From a virus: a stretch of 64,000 nt of DNA. A program made the translations under genes and the position numbers. Position 1 is the stretch's first letter. Each line of letters starts with the position of its first letter. Below the pieces are notes generated by a model. The model was not told where the DNA came from. It searched no databases and was given only the letters and a program-made list of their open reading frames with translations. The stretch covers positions 20,522 through 84,521 of the IMG/VR virus record IMGVR_UViG_3300008119_000039, one strand, 5' to 3'. Positions 54,646 to 64,000 of this stretch are shown here, in pieces.

Positions 54646-56370
54646 TTATGCAAATCTGGTACGTACGTATCGGTTCATAGTCTGTTCTTGATTACGAACA
54701 GGCAATTGAATAACTTGTTTAGTATTAGATATGTTTGTAGTTGGAGCATTAACTGCGGTATTGTTACCACCTGAACCACCACCAGCTGCAGTTCTAGCAC
54801 TATCGTTTGCTGCAGATTGAGAAGAAACTGCATTGGCTGAACTCATGGCTAAGCCCATAGCTGCAATTTTATCAGTAGGTAAAGCAGCAATTGCTTTTAT
54901 TTTGTCAGCATCTATGGAAGAGAATGCCTTTAAGCCGTTACCTAATTTCTCAACACCGATACCAGCTTTTTCAATATTAGCTCCACTTTCACCGAGAGCA
55001 ATAATTTGATCCACTGGGGATTTCTGTCCAGAAACTTTTGATAGTAAACCACCAACTAAGTTACCTACGCCAGCAACGGCATTTGCTGCTCCAAACGTAG
55101 CCATACCAGCAGATACTGCCAACAGTCCAGCACCTACTTGTATTAAATTCATTCCGTCAATAGAAGCCAATCGTTCAATGGCGTCAGTTATAGAATTTAC
55201 AATTGCCACAATTCCTTCAGCGATACCAGAAATAATCTTTTCTGCGGCATTACCAAATGCTTCAATACCAGGTGCTGCCATTTCAAGTGCTTTACCAATA
55301 CCCATAACAGCCAACGTAACAGCACCAAGACCAATTAGAGTAGCTGGGTTAGCCAGTGCAGCTAGTCCTCTGGCCAATCCAAATAGTAATGCTTGAATTC
55401 CTGCGCCAGCACCTCTACCCAATCCAGCAAGACCACCACCAAGAGATTTAAGAGCAAGACCAATACCACCTAAAATTCCACCACCACTACCTTCGGCTGG
55501 TGCAACAGATTTGGCGGCATTGCCACTTGCAGTATTCTTTTCAATCTTTTCAAGAAGAGCAGTTTGTGCTTCATCTCTACGAGCAGATTCCATTTCTTCT
55601 TCAGAAACATTAACTGCATCATTCTGTTCTTTATTTGATAGCCCAGTACCAGCTGGAGCAGCTTTGCCAACTAAACTAGCACGTATATCTGTTTTGGCAA
55701 ATGTATCAGATAAAGTTTCACGCTTTGAAATAAGACGCTTACCTTCTGGAGTAGCAGATAACTGTTTTTCAGTTAAACCAGTTTCTGATTTTAATTTTTC
55801 AATCTCACCTTCATTGGTTTTAATTTGTTTAGCAGCAATATTTCTTGCAGAAAAATCTTGACGTAACTCTTTGTCTGACTTCTCGCTACCAAGTTTTCTT
55901 TGTTGTTGAACAAACTCACGCTCAGCTATTTTCTTATTCAAGAAACCACCAACGTTGACTGCTTTAAGAGCAGTAGTCTTTAGTGCACTAACAGAACCAA
56001 ACTTATCACCTAATCCTCTGCCCATGTTTCGAAATTTATCACCTAGCGTATCAAATGTCTTTACAGTTTTAGCAATATTACCAACAGCCTCAACCATTTC
56101 GTCACGAGCAATTTGAGCTTCTTTAATAGATTCGAGAGATTCTGCCGCACTCTTAGATACTTTTAAAGTTTCTTTTTGAACCTTAAGCATCTCTTCATTA
56201 TCAATGGAAGAACTTTTTACAGCAGGAGTTATTCCTGCAAGTTGTTCTTCTCTATTCTGTTCCATAATCGTTTGCATGGAACGCAATGAAGATAAAGATT
56301 CTCGTTGAGCTTCTAGTAATGATTTAAAATCACTAGATGATACGTGAATATTGATAGGTGGTTTGGCCAT
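54646..56370 (-). CDS. Tape-measure/baseplate-hub (gp29-like) protein
   Basis: Helical, Gly/Ala-rich hydrophobic repeats, NAPTTN tail; lies after gp26/gp51-like genes. Confidence 0.65.
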   Translation of the reverse strand: MAKPPINIHVSSSDFKSLLEAQRESLSSLRSMQTIMEQNREEQLAGITPAVKSSSIDNEEMLKVQKETLKVSKSAAESLESIKEAQIARDEMVEAVGNIAKTVKTFDTLGDKFRNMGRGLGDKFGSVSALKTTALKAVNVGGFLNKKIAEREFVQQQRKLGSEKSDKELRQDFSARNIAAKQIKTNEGEIEKLKSETGLTEKQLSATPEGKRLISKRETLSDTFAKTDIRASLVGKAAPAGTGLSNKEQNDAVNVSEEEMESARRDEAQTALLEKIEKNTASGNAAKSVAPAEGSGGGILGGIGLALKSLGGGLAGLGRGAGAGIQALLFGLARGLAALANPATLIGLGAVTLAVMGIGKALEMAAPGIEAFGNAAEKIISGIAEGIVAIVNSITDAIERLASIDGMNLIQVGAGLLAVSAGMATFGAANAVAGVGNLVGGLLSKVSGQKSPVDQIIALGESGANIEKAGIGVEKLGNGLKAFSSIDADKIKAIAALPTDKIAAMGLAMSSANAVSSQSAANDSARTAAGGGSGGNNTAVNAPTTNISNTKQVIQLPVRNQEQTMNRYVRTRFA

Positions 56371-56381
56371 CTTAGTTTACC

Positions 56382-56525
56382 TTACTTTCGTTGTGCATCT
56401 AATCTTTGTTTTTCTTCTTCTAGATATTTAACTAGCATAGCAACGTAAATCTCTCGCTCAAACGGTATCATACTTTCAAGTTCGGTCAGCGAGTATTTGT
56501 GGTACTGCATCAAAGCAAAATTCAT
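56382..56525 (-). CDS. gp51-like hub assembly catalyst (not in ORF track); frame open upstream to the slippery site
   Basis: MNFALMQYHKYSLTELESMIPFEREIYVAML... Confidence 0.78.
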   Translation of the reverse strand: MNFALMQYHKYSLTELESMIPFEREIYVAMLVKYLEEEKQRLDAQRK

Positions 56526-56563
56526 TTTGTAATAATTATACAAAGTGTCATGACAAAGGTTTA

Positions 56564-57277
56564 TTAAAAAAAACTTTGAAGACCCTCCAGGGTCTTCTTA
56601 TGATGCTTTTTACATACAGGACAATCGTACTCAACATCTTGCTTTAATCTTGGCATAGTCTCAAAGAACTTTTGTACTTTGGCAAATTGCTCTGATGTTA
56701 AGTTGTTAATAAAATCTAATAGTTCTTGTTGAGTTTGCTCTTTAGCGTAAAACAACTCATCACCTTGATAGATGTAATCGATGCATTTAGCAATTATAGT
56801 AAACAGATCATCAAGGTTTTCTGTGTCTAAAACTTGTAACTGATTCAATACTTGTAAAGTAGGGTACTTCATAACAACACCTACATCTCCGAACAATGCA
56901 ATGTTAGCTTGATGTTCTGGAGACTTTTCTACAGCAATCTTTGTGATATCAAAAGAGATTTGAACTCTGGCTTTTTCATCATCACACGTATCGCATGGAA
57001 AAATTAAATCAATAGTTTCACCAACTGACTTCGCACGTAGTTGAGTGAAGATATATTCTAGATCGAATGTAGCTAGATCATCTGGATTAATAGGCTCAAC
57101 AACGCAAGACTTAATTACATCTTTAAGAGTGTTGATCATAGTCATAGGATCTTCACTCTGCTGAGCAATCATTAATGCTTTTTCTTCACGAACTAGAAAT
57201 GGTCTATATTTGATTTCTTTTCCACTAGACGGAATGGTCAACGTATACGTTGGGGTATTACTCATTGGTAAAGCCAT
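56564..57277 (-). CDS. gp26-like baseplate hub assembly chaperone
   Basis: YRPFLVREEKAL, FDLEYIFTQLRAKSVGE, two CxxC, FFETMP, LEGLQSFF. Confidence 0.85.
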   Translation of the reverse strand: MALPMSNTPTYTLTIPSSGKEIKYRPFLVREEKALMIAQQSEDPMTMINTLKDVIKSCVVEPINPDDLATFDLEYIFTQLRAKSVGETIDLIFPCDTCDDEKARVQISFDITKIAVEKSPEHQANIALFGDVGVVMKYPTLQVLNQLQVLDTENLDDLFTIIAKCIDYIYQGDELFYAKEQTQQELLDFINNLTSEQFAKVQKFFETMPRLKQDVEYDCPVCKKHHKKTLEGLQSFF

Positions 57278-57279
57278 AG

Positions 57280-57696
57280 TCAATCTCCTTTAGTCATATT
57301 CTTTATAAGTTTATTCAATTCAGCAGTGCTACCTACAAAGATAGCATTATTGGTCACACTTTTAGATGAATCTTTTGGGCCATCTAATTTAGATTTCTGT
57401 TGGTGCAAATCTAATAACTGTTGGTTTATATCCGCCAACTGTTTCACCAAATTACCCACAACCTCAAATGCACGTGGGTGCTCAGATTGCTTGGCTACCT
57501 CAAGTGCATGCATTAGTGCTTCTTGTCCTTGAGATAAAAGATCGTGCAAATTGCCACGTGCTTTATCAAAGTCATTCTCAACCTTATCAGATGGCTTCTG
57601 GATTATTTCTCCAGTAGCAGCATCAATAATCTCAACTTCAGTTTTAGTTACCGTTGGGGTATCAAAAACTTCAGATAATTTATCATCAAGTTTCAT
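57280..57696 (-). CDS. gp16: Terminase small subunit (gp16-like)
   Basis: HPRAFEV, TNNAIFVGSTAEL. Confidence 0.85.
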   Translation of the reverse strand: MKLDDKLSEVFDTPTVTKTEVEIIDAATGEIIQKPSDKVENDFDKARGNLHDLLSQGQEALMHALEVAKQSEHPRAFEVVGNLVKQLADINQQLLDLHQQKSKLDGPKDSSKSVTNNAIFVGSTAELNKLIKNMTKGD

Positions 57697-58025
57697 TAGT
57701 CATTCCTAGTATTACGAACAGGTGGATCTTCCAAATTAGTATTTATCGGTTTAGCAATAGGTGTTGCAGGAATAATCCCTGCTATCTTTTCTTGACCACG
57801 TGACCAAGCAGCAATACCAAGTATAGCACCCATAGCCATATGAAACAAACCAGCACCTTTAAGTGTTAGCGGATCCCATTGGCTAGTTACTGTACCATTA
57901 GCCATTGCTTGTAGGATTGACCATGCCATTGGAAAAATAGCAAAGTCTAGAATACAAATGACCATGTACGTCCAACCCATGGCTGGACGCCATTTTTTAT
58001 TCACCCAAGATTCTTGTTCTATCAT
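57696..58025 (-). CDS. Putative holin (3TM holin family)
   Basis: KWRPAMGW, GAILGIAAWSRGQEK. Confidence 0.65.
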   Translation of the reverse strand: MIEQESWVNKKWRPAMGWTYMVICILDFAIFPMAWSILQAMANGTVTSQWDPLTLKGAGLFHMAMGAILGIAAWSRGQEKIAGIIPATPIAKPINTNLEDPPVRNTRND

Positions 58026-58459
58026 TAATCGTTACGAGTGTTTCTATTCACTGGATCTCCAGGTTCTAGATAACTACCAGTCATTCCCATTGGCATCTGC
58101 GGCATTCCAGGCATTGGTGGACGAGCAGGCATGCTTACTCCACCAGCTGGTGTTGGTGAAGATGGTGGGCGAGTCCAACCAGCATTGGCAGCTTTTAGTG
58201 CTTCAGCTTGAGCAGCTTTATCATTACCAGCAAGCATAATACCAGACAGTGTACCTGTTAGGAATGTTGCGATAGGAATAATCAATTCAAAAAACTTTGA
58301 ATCAATTGGTGAGATGGCATTAAGTGGTTGTGTCACAAAGATAATAGAGTATAAAACTACAAACACAATTCCAGTTAATGTTAGAGCTAGACAGATTCCA
58401 ATAAAGAATCTCAGACGAGCCATTAGCTGATCTTCGGTATACATAAATTGATCATTCAT
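58025..58459 (-). CDS. Two-TM membrane protein with Pro/Met-rich tail
   Basis: FVTQP, PIATFLTGTLSGIM. Confidence 0.65.
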   Translation of the reverse strand: MNDQFMYTEDQLMARLRFFIGICLALTLTGIVFVVLYSIIFVTQPLNAISPIDSKFFELIIPIATFLTGTLSGIMLAGNDKAAQAEALKAANAGWTRPPSSPTPAGGVSMPARPPMPGMPQMPMGMTGSYLEPGDPVNRNTRND

Positions 58460-58716
58460 TTGCACGATACTCCTGATGTTGGGGTAGATTGTTTAGGTTG
58501 TTCTGTAACTGGTCCGAGTCTTGGATCACGCTGACCTTTAAAAATATGTTCTGGGCAAGATCTTGTTATATCACATAGTGGCAATTTACAAATATCTTTA
58601 TCCCAATTGGCTGGATCTTGACATGGATATCTGTAACGATCTCCACCAAAGAATGCCAGCACTAACGGCAATACTAATAATATTGCTAAGTATTTAAATA
58701 GTTTTTTGTCGTTCAT
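58456..58716 (-). CDS. Membrane-anchored Cys-rich small protein
   Basis: TM then RYRYPCQDPANW..C..P.C....CPE. Confidence 0.6.
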   Translation of the reverse strand: MNDKKLFKYLAILLVLPLVLAFFGGDRYRYPCQDPANWDKDICKLPLCDITRSCPEHIFKGQRDPRLGPVTEQPKQSTPTSGVSCK

Positions 58717-58717
58717 T

Positions 58718-59473
58718 TTATCTTCCAGAAAATATAGAAGTAACACCAGTAGTTATATTCTGAGTTTCCCCAGTATTAACTTGCTGTTGAAATCCATTAA
58801 AGTCATTTGTGTATTCAGCTGGCACGCTTTGTGCTTGACTCATACCAGGAATGGGGTTTCCGTTGATAGTAGGCATTTGAAAGAATCTTGAAAACTGAGA
58901 TTCCTTAACTTCTTTCGGTGTACTGTACGCAGTTGAACGCCAGTACTTGTAATTCATACTAACTTGAAGTTTCATTACTTCTTTTGTTTCGTACCCAAGA
59001 GATATTGGACTAATACTCTTTGGATAACATTCAGAAAGTTTAACTGAGTAGCGTTTTCTATCTTTTAAATCTTCAACTTCAATGTCTAAGTCTGTAATAT
59101 AATTTTCATAATATTCAAATGTTCTTGTGTAGGGATTTTGAATAGAATCTAACCAACGATCAAAGAATAGTTTAACTTCCATATTGTTATCAACATAGAA
59201 AGTCATACTAATATTATCAAATGTTTTCTCAGAAGGCACTTCACGGATCTCTCCGTATTGTCTAATTTGATTGGTTATTAAGTTTTGACCAGGAAGTGAA
59301 ATCTCTGAACAAAACAACAATAACTTTCTCATATTTGTAAACGATCCTACTGATTTTGGTGGGGTCATCATTACTGCGTATCTTGATGAACGCATTAACC
59401 CTTCAGTTTTAATCGTTGATATAAAATTTCTTAAGCCAGAATTCTTTTGTGCTGGCGGATTGAAAATAGCCAT
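58718..59473 (-). CDS. Tail-tube-fold protein (gp54/gp19-like initiator)
   Basis: CSEISLPG, FDRWLDSI, YYENY, ECYPKSI..I.L. Confidence 0.72.
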   Translation of the reverse strand: MAIFNPPAQKNSGLRNFISTIKTEGLMRSSRYAVMMTPPKSVGSFTNMRKLLLFCSEISLPGQNLITNQIRQYGEIREVPSEKTFDNISMTFYVDNNMEVKLFFDRWLDSIQNPYTRTFEYYENYITDLDIEVEDLKDRKRYSVKLSECYPKSISPISLGYETKEVMKLQVSMNYKYWRSTAYSTPKEVKESQFSRFFQMPTINGNPIPGMSQAQSVPAEYTNDFNGFQQQVNTGETQNITTGVTSIFSGR

Positions 59474-60073
59474 TTAACCCATCTTCCTTTTTGAATCTGT
59501 CCAAACTTGTTGGGTAGTTGCACCAACAAATCGTTCAACTGGCAATAACATAGCAGTTGCCCAGTCGTATGAGGGAACTTCTCTAAATGCAGATCTAACA
59601 TGACTATCTAAATAATGTTTGACGCAAGGAATAGCTCCATTAAATCGTGATACACCATCAATTAGTGCCCAAGAATACTTAATTCTAGTGGCTTCATTTA
59701 GCTTATTATTGCTGGCGTACTGCATAAGTTTATCCAACAATCTAATACGTAATTGGTAAGGCAAATAGTGCATATTTAACCCAAGGAATCCACCTTGAAC
59801 TTTTCTAAACGGAAATACCAAGGGAAATCTGTCGTAGTAAGGTAACTCGTTTTTAAGTTTAGGGTCATACAAAAACATATACAGCTTACCAGGCATAATG
59901 GTCATCTTTAGCTGCTGCGGATTACCCTTTAAGACTTTAGGTGGCGTTATTGATTGCTTAGACATAAGCAATGCTTGCTGACTGAACCAAGCACGAGACT
60001 TCTTGACTGCGTCGTCAAGGTTATACTTGTTTCGTTCGAATACGTCTTGGAGTGTAGGTGATTGTATAGCCAT
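59474..60073 (-). CDS. gp2: DNA end protector (gp2-like)
   Basis: YDPKLK..LPYYDRFPLV, GLNMHYL, LLPVERF. Confidence 0.88.
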   Translation of the reverse strand: MAIQSPTLQDVFERNKYNLDDAVKKSRAWFSQQALLMSKQSITPPKVLKGNPQQLKMTIMPGKLYMFLYDPKLKNELPYYDRFPLVFPFRKVQGGFLGLNMHYLPYQLRIRLLDKLMQYASNNKLNEATRIKYSWALIDGVSRFNGAIPCVKHYLDSHVRSAFREVPSYDWATAMLLPVERFVGATTQQVWTDSKRKMG

Positions 60074-60086
60074 ACTATTATTTAGG

Positions 60087-60524
60087 TTACTTTAACCCAA
60101 GTTCATGCTCAGTAATGATCTTAAATTCCCAATTCCTATCTTTAGCATATTCAGTGGCAGCTTTCCATTTGGCTTGATTCTTGATAAAGGTCATAGACTC
60201 GGTTAAATACCTTTGAGTTTGACGACCTGGATATACTGGAGGTTGGGTTTGGCTAAAGGGTTTTACTTCTACTAGGTAAGTTTTTAATATCCCATCCTTT
60301 TGCTTAACTTGTATTTGAAAATCCACGAAATAACGATGTATTCTATCATCGGTTGGGCATCTGTACGGAACAACTGTCTCTTCGGATATCCACTTGACAA
60401 CTGCTGGGTTTTTATCACACCAAGAAGCGAATCTGGTCTCCCACGATGAACGCATAATTATGTTCGTTGGATCCCCAGTATACTTTTGTGGAAACAGTGG
60501 TTTGAATAATCTTTTGTGGTACAT
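60087..60524 (-). CDS. gp4: Head completion nuclease (gp4-like)
   Basis: KYTGDP, RSSWE, HRYFVDF, EVKP, NQAKWKAA, IITE. Confidence 0.9.
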   Translation of the reverse strand: MYHKRLFKPLFPQKYTGDPTNIIMRSSWETRFASWCDKNPAVVKWISEETVVPYRCPTDDRIHRYFVDFQIQVKQKDGILKTYLVEVKPFSQTQPPVYPGRQTQRYLTESMTFIKNQAKWKAATEYAKDRNWEFKIITEHELGLK

Positions 60525-60526
60525 CG

Positions 60527-60561
60527 CCTAAATAATAGTAGTGTAATTGCTAATATTTAGG
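60527..60561. promoter_or_regulatory. Face-to-face late promoter boxes
   Basis: CCTAAATA on + (60527-60534) and on - (60554-60561). Confidence 0.6.
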
Positions 60562-60568
60562 GTGCCCA

Positions 60569-61708
60569 ATGCCAAACGCAGATAGAAACGCAGCAGAACA
60601 GGCTTTACAAGAAAGACTGAAAACCTCAACAAAATCATTCCAAGGTGGACCTCTAGAGAGAACCGCTTTTGGTGAGGGTAAATACGACATTAAACAACAC
60701 TCGTATCCATCAAATTTGATGAGTTATGAGTATGGTGGTAACTACGTTATATTTTACATTAACGTGGCAGTCGAGTCAAAGTTATTCAACGATAAAACTA
60801 TACAAACCGTAGCTGATGTTCCGCCACGTTTACGTAGCAATGGTTTAATTGCTCAAAACGAAAGGCTATTTGGTAATGGTAGTACTGTAGGAGATAAAGC
60901 AGCATTTGTTGGATTAAATGCAGCTGGACAAGTTATTGAAGGTGCAGTAGGTGGTGGATTATTGGCTGGTAGAAAAGGTGCTGTTGCTGGTGCATCTTTA
61001 AATGCAGCCCCAGCAGCAATTGGTATTGGTGCTGCAGCTACTCAAGCAGCATCTGTTACTCGTGCTCAGAAAAGATTAAAAACAGCAATCGCCTTACACG
61101 TACCAAATCAATTAAATATTCGATATGGTGTAAGTTACTCTGAAGAAGATACATTTGCATTTCAAGCAGCAGCTAGCGGTGCAGCAATTGCAAAGTTTTT
61201 AGCGAATGGTGGGAATTCTGGACAAGCAGCTAATGATACTGCAGCTATTGCGGCAGCCATGGGATTAAAAAGTGACAAGCAAGGTGCAGCTGCTTCAGCA
61301 GCCATGGGTCTTGCGGCAAACCCAAAGAAAGAACAACTGTTCAAGAGCGTAGACTTTAGAACATTCCAATTCGATTATCAATTCTTCCCAAGAGATATTG
61401 GCGAAGCTGAAAATGTATTGCGTATTATTGAGCAATTCAAGTATCATATGCACCCAGAGTTTAAAGACACAAATCAGTTTTTATACATCTATCCATCTGA
61501 ATTTGATATTGCGTATTATCAAGACGGTAAAGAAAATACAAATCTTCATCGTCACACTTCTTGTGTTCTTACTGAGATGAGTATTAACTACACACCAAAC
61601 GGACAATTCAATTCTTTTGCCAATGGTATGCCTACTCAAATCAACGTAGTATTAAACTTTAAAGAACTTTCTACTCTCACCAAAGATCTTATTAAGGAAG
61701 GTTTATAA
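60569..61708 (+). CDS. gp48: Baseplate tail-tube cap (gp48-like)
   Basis: ANPKKEQLF, FRTFQF, FKYHMHP, YPSEFDI, INYTPNG, LNFKE. Confidence 0.85.
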   Translation: MPNADRNAAEQALQERLKTSTKSFQGGPLERTAFGEGKYDIKQHSYPSNLMSYEYGGNYVIFYINVAVESKLFNDKTIQTVADVPPRLRSNGLIAQNERLFGNGSTVGDKAAFVGLNAAGQVIEGAVGGGLLAGRKGAVAGASLNAAPAAIGIGAAATQAASVTRAQKRLKTAIALHVPNQLNIRYGVSYSEEDTFAFQAAASGAAIAKFLANGGNSGQAANDTAAIAAAMGLKSDKQGAAASAAMGLAANPKKEQLFKSVDFRTFQFDYQFFPRDIGEAENVLRIIEQFKYHMHPEFKDTNQFLYIYPSEFDIAYYQDGKENTNLHRHTSCVLTEMSINYTPNGQFNSFANGMPTQINVVLNFKELSTLTKDLIKEGL

Positions 61709-62202
61709 TGTACTTTCAAGATTTCCCAAATTTCCTTTATGATTTTGAGTTTACTAAAAATAAACGTGATGCTCTTGTACTAACTGACATCACTCGCAAC
61801 ATTCGTTTTCGTAGAGATGTATTGGCAAACATTACAGTTTACGATGAGTATGATGTTAAAGATGGTGAAACTCCAGAGATAGTTGCCGAGAAAATTTATG
61901 GTAATGCCGAGTATCATTGGATTATTATGTTGGTCAATGAACGCTTTGATTACAGAGCTGACTGGGTATTATCAATACCAAGACTAGAAGAATTCGTCGC
62001 AGCCAAATATGGTGCACAAGCAAATGCTATTCATCACTATGAAGATAGCAAAGGTAATATTGTTCATTCAACAGCATCAGGTGCAGTTTCTGTTTCAAAT
62101 CGTCAATACGAAGACTCAGAAAATGAAAAGAAACGTAGAATTAAAATAGTTTCTCCTGCACTTATCGATACTGTTTTAAATAACTTCAAAGAATTATTAT
62201 AA
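61708..62202 (+). CDS. gp53: Baseplate wedge protein (gp53-like)
   Basis: MYFQDFP, ETPEIVAEKIYG..YHWII, NEKKRRIK. Confidence 0.87.
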   Translation: MYFQDFPNFLYDFEFTKNKRDALVLTDITRNIRFRRDVLANITVYDEYDVKDGETPEIVAEKIYGNAEYHWIIMLVNERFDYRADWVLSIPRLEEFVAAKYGAQANAIHHYEDSKGNIVHSTASGAVSVSNRQYEDSENEKKRRIKIVSPALIDTVLNNFKELL

Positions 62203-63482
62203 TGCAACCTTCAAGTGTATTGAGATTTGCTGGTGATGTAACAATAAACAAAGTTCTTGTTATTACACCAAGCGGATTTTATCAAGATATCGCCAACCAA
62301 GTTAAAGGTATTCAAATCTTTGAAGATTTGTTATCACCATTTATCACAGGTTCACTAGTAGTAAAAGATTCCTTAGATTTAATAAATCTATTCCCATTCG
62401 TTGGTGAAGAATTCCTAGAGTTGGATGTAACAACACCTACTCTAAAAGAAGGTAACATAAAAGGTAAATTTTATATTTACAAAATGACTGATCGTGAACT
62501 AATTGGTGACAAATCTGTGGCTTACCAATTGCACTTTACGTCACAGGAATCGTTGTTAGACTTAAACAAATCAATTAGCAAATCATTCTCTGGTAAAGTT
62601 TCAGATATTGCTACCAAGTTTTTAATGGATAAAACTATCGGGTTGCAATCTACTAAAAATAATATTGTAGAGCAAACTTCCAACGAAACCAAGTATGTAT
62701 CAAACTTTTGGTCACCTGTTAAAAACTTAGTTTATTTAACAGAACAAGCACTTAATAAAAGTGGTTCGCCAACATACGTATTCTTTGAGAATCGTGATGG
62801 ATATAATTTCGTTTCACTTGAATCATTATATAAGAAACCTGTTAAACATAGTTTTATTAAAGACAACTATGTTAGAGATCCACGTGGAACTACAGGATCT
62901 GTTAGGAATGTTCAAGAAGATTATAAACGCATAACTGACTTAAAAATTCCAGTTGGTATTGATTACATAGATAGAATTCAAAGTGGTGTGTATGCATCTA
63001 GAATGTATACATACGATTTAGCTACAAAGAAAGTTGAAAGTAAAAACTTTAGTGCAGTTGAAAAATTTAATCAAAGAAGTCACTTAAATGAGTTTGCACC
63101 TTACTCTAAAAAAGTTATTTCTCGTTACGGTGCAAAACTATTCAATGAGTTAAAGTATTATAATAACTTTAGTAACTTTGGCGATGCTACTCCAACTAAG
63201 AGTATTCAAGAACGTATTTCTTTAATGAAGCAATCTGAATCTACTAAAATTGAAATCACAGTTCCAGGTCGTTGTGATTATACAGTTGGTCAAAAAGTAG
63301 ATATTAAATTATACAAAGCTGAACCAACTAGTAAGAATGATAAAAAGACCTTAGATAATATGTTCTCAGGTAACTATATTATTTCTGCTATAAATCATAT
63401 GATAACAAGAGAAATGCACGAGTGTTCTATGGAACTAATAAAAGATTCTCTATTAGTAAATCTTGATGGGAAAACCAAATAA
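62202..63482 (+). CDS. Baseplate hub/tail protein (gp27-like)
   Basis: IFEDLLSPFITG, FFENRDGYNFVSL, SGNYIISAINH; synteny. Confidence 0.7.
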   Translation: MQPSSVLRFAGDVTINKVLVITPSGFYQDIANQVKGIQIFEDLLSPFITGSLVVKDSLDLINLFPFVGEEFLELDVTTPTLKEGNIKGKFYIYKMTDRELIGDKSVAYQLHFTSQESLLDLNKSISKSFSGKVSDIATKFLMDKTIGLQSTKNNIVEQTSNETKYVSNFWSPVKNLVYLTEQALNKSGSPTYVFFENRDGYNFVSLESLYKKPVKHSFIKDNYVRDPRGTTGSVRNVQEDYKRITDLKIPVGIDYIDRIQSGVYASRMYTYDLATKKVESKNFSAVEKFNQRSHLNEFAPYSKKVISRYGAKLFNELKYYNNFSNFGDATPTKSIQERISLMKQSESTKIEITVPGRCDYTVGQKVDIKLYKAEPTSKNDKKTLDNMFSGNYIISAINHMITREMHECSMELIKDSLLVNLDGKTK

Positions 63483-64000
63483 TGAATTTATTTACAGGCG
63501 TAGTTGAAAATAGACAAGACCCATTAAAGTTAGGTCGTTGTCAAGTTAGAATTGTTGGTATTCATACTGACGATAAAACACTTTTACCAACATCAGACTT
63601 ACCTTGGGCGTATCCTGTTCAACCAGTAACTTCTGCGGCAATTAGTGGTATTGGTAATTCACCAGTTGGTCCAGTTCCAGGAACTTGGGTTGTTGTTATG
63701 TTCCGAGATGAAGATCAACAGATGCCTATTATTATGGGTACTATTGGTGGTATCCCGCAGACTAAATCTGGTGCACGAGCACTTGATGATTCAAACGATT
63801 CTATTATACCAACAGATGGTGGATTTCTAACTACCAGCGATGGAACTATTGTAACAGATGGATCTGGTAATCCAATTACAACTGGTACTAATCAAGCAAA
63901 CAATTCTGCGCCAACTACACCAACTCCTGCTGCAATTCCAGTAGCTAAGAGTGGTAACACAATAACTAAATTAACACCACCACCAAAATCTGGTGCTACC
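63482..64000 (+). CDS. gp5: Baseplate hub/cell-puncturing gp5, 3'-truncated (not in ORF track)
   Basis: FTGVVENRQDPLKLGRCQVRIVGIHT...LPWA OB-fold start. Confidence 0.9.
   Translation, partial: MNLFTGVVENRQDPLKLGRCQVRIVGIHTDDKTLLPTSDLPWAYPVQPVTSAAISGIGNSPVGPVPGTWVVVMFRDEDQQMPIIMGTIGGIPQTKSGARALDDSNDSIIPTDGGFLTTSDGTIVTDGSGNPITTGTNQANNSAPTTPTPAAIPVAKSGNTITKLTPPPKSGAT

Overview
A 64-kb segment of an AT-rich T4-like myovirus genome. The host is probably a freshwater betaproteobacterium, inferred from two Bug/TctC-type solute-binding proteins, IscU/IscA/ErpA, spanins and a tmRNA tag ending FALAA. Core genes recognised: primase gp61, thyX, nrdA/nrdB, rnh, dsbA, dCMP deaminase, gp33, gp59, gp32, gp16, gp2, gp4, gp48, gp53, gp5 and gp26/gp51-like. 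Accessory content includes 2OG-Fe(II) oxygenases, CmoA-like and other methyltransferases, rubrerythrin, a PlcP plus GT4 glycosyltransferase pair, PhoH and ClpP. There is an array of 11 tRNA genes. The strongest unusual signals concern translation: (1) a circularly permuted two-piece tmRNA gene whose intervening segment is filled almost exactly by a 41-codon membrane-peptide ORF, with ClpP nearby and an ArfA-like domain elsewhere; (2) a ~213-nt multi-hairpin non-tRNA element ending in ACCA inside the tRNA array; (3) a tRNA-Thr with an AGU anticodon and an initiator-like tRNA lacking the three G-C pairs; (4) a T8 slippery site that would fuse gp26 to gp51 by -1 frameshift just upstream of the tape-measure-like gene; (5) tandem pseudoknot-like repeats in the main non-coding region. 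All assignments come from motif recognition by eye; no database search or folding computation was run.
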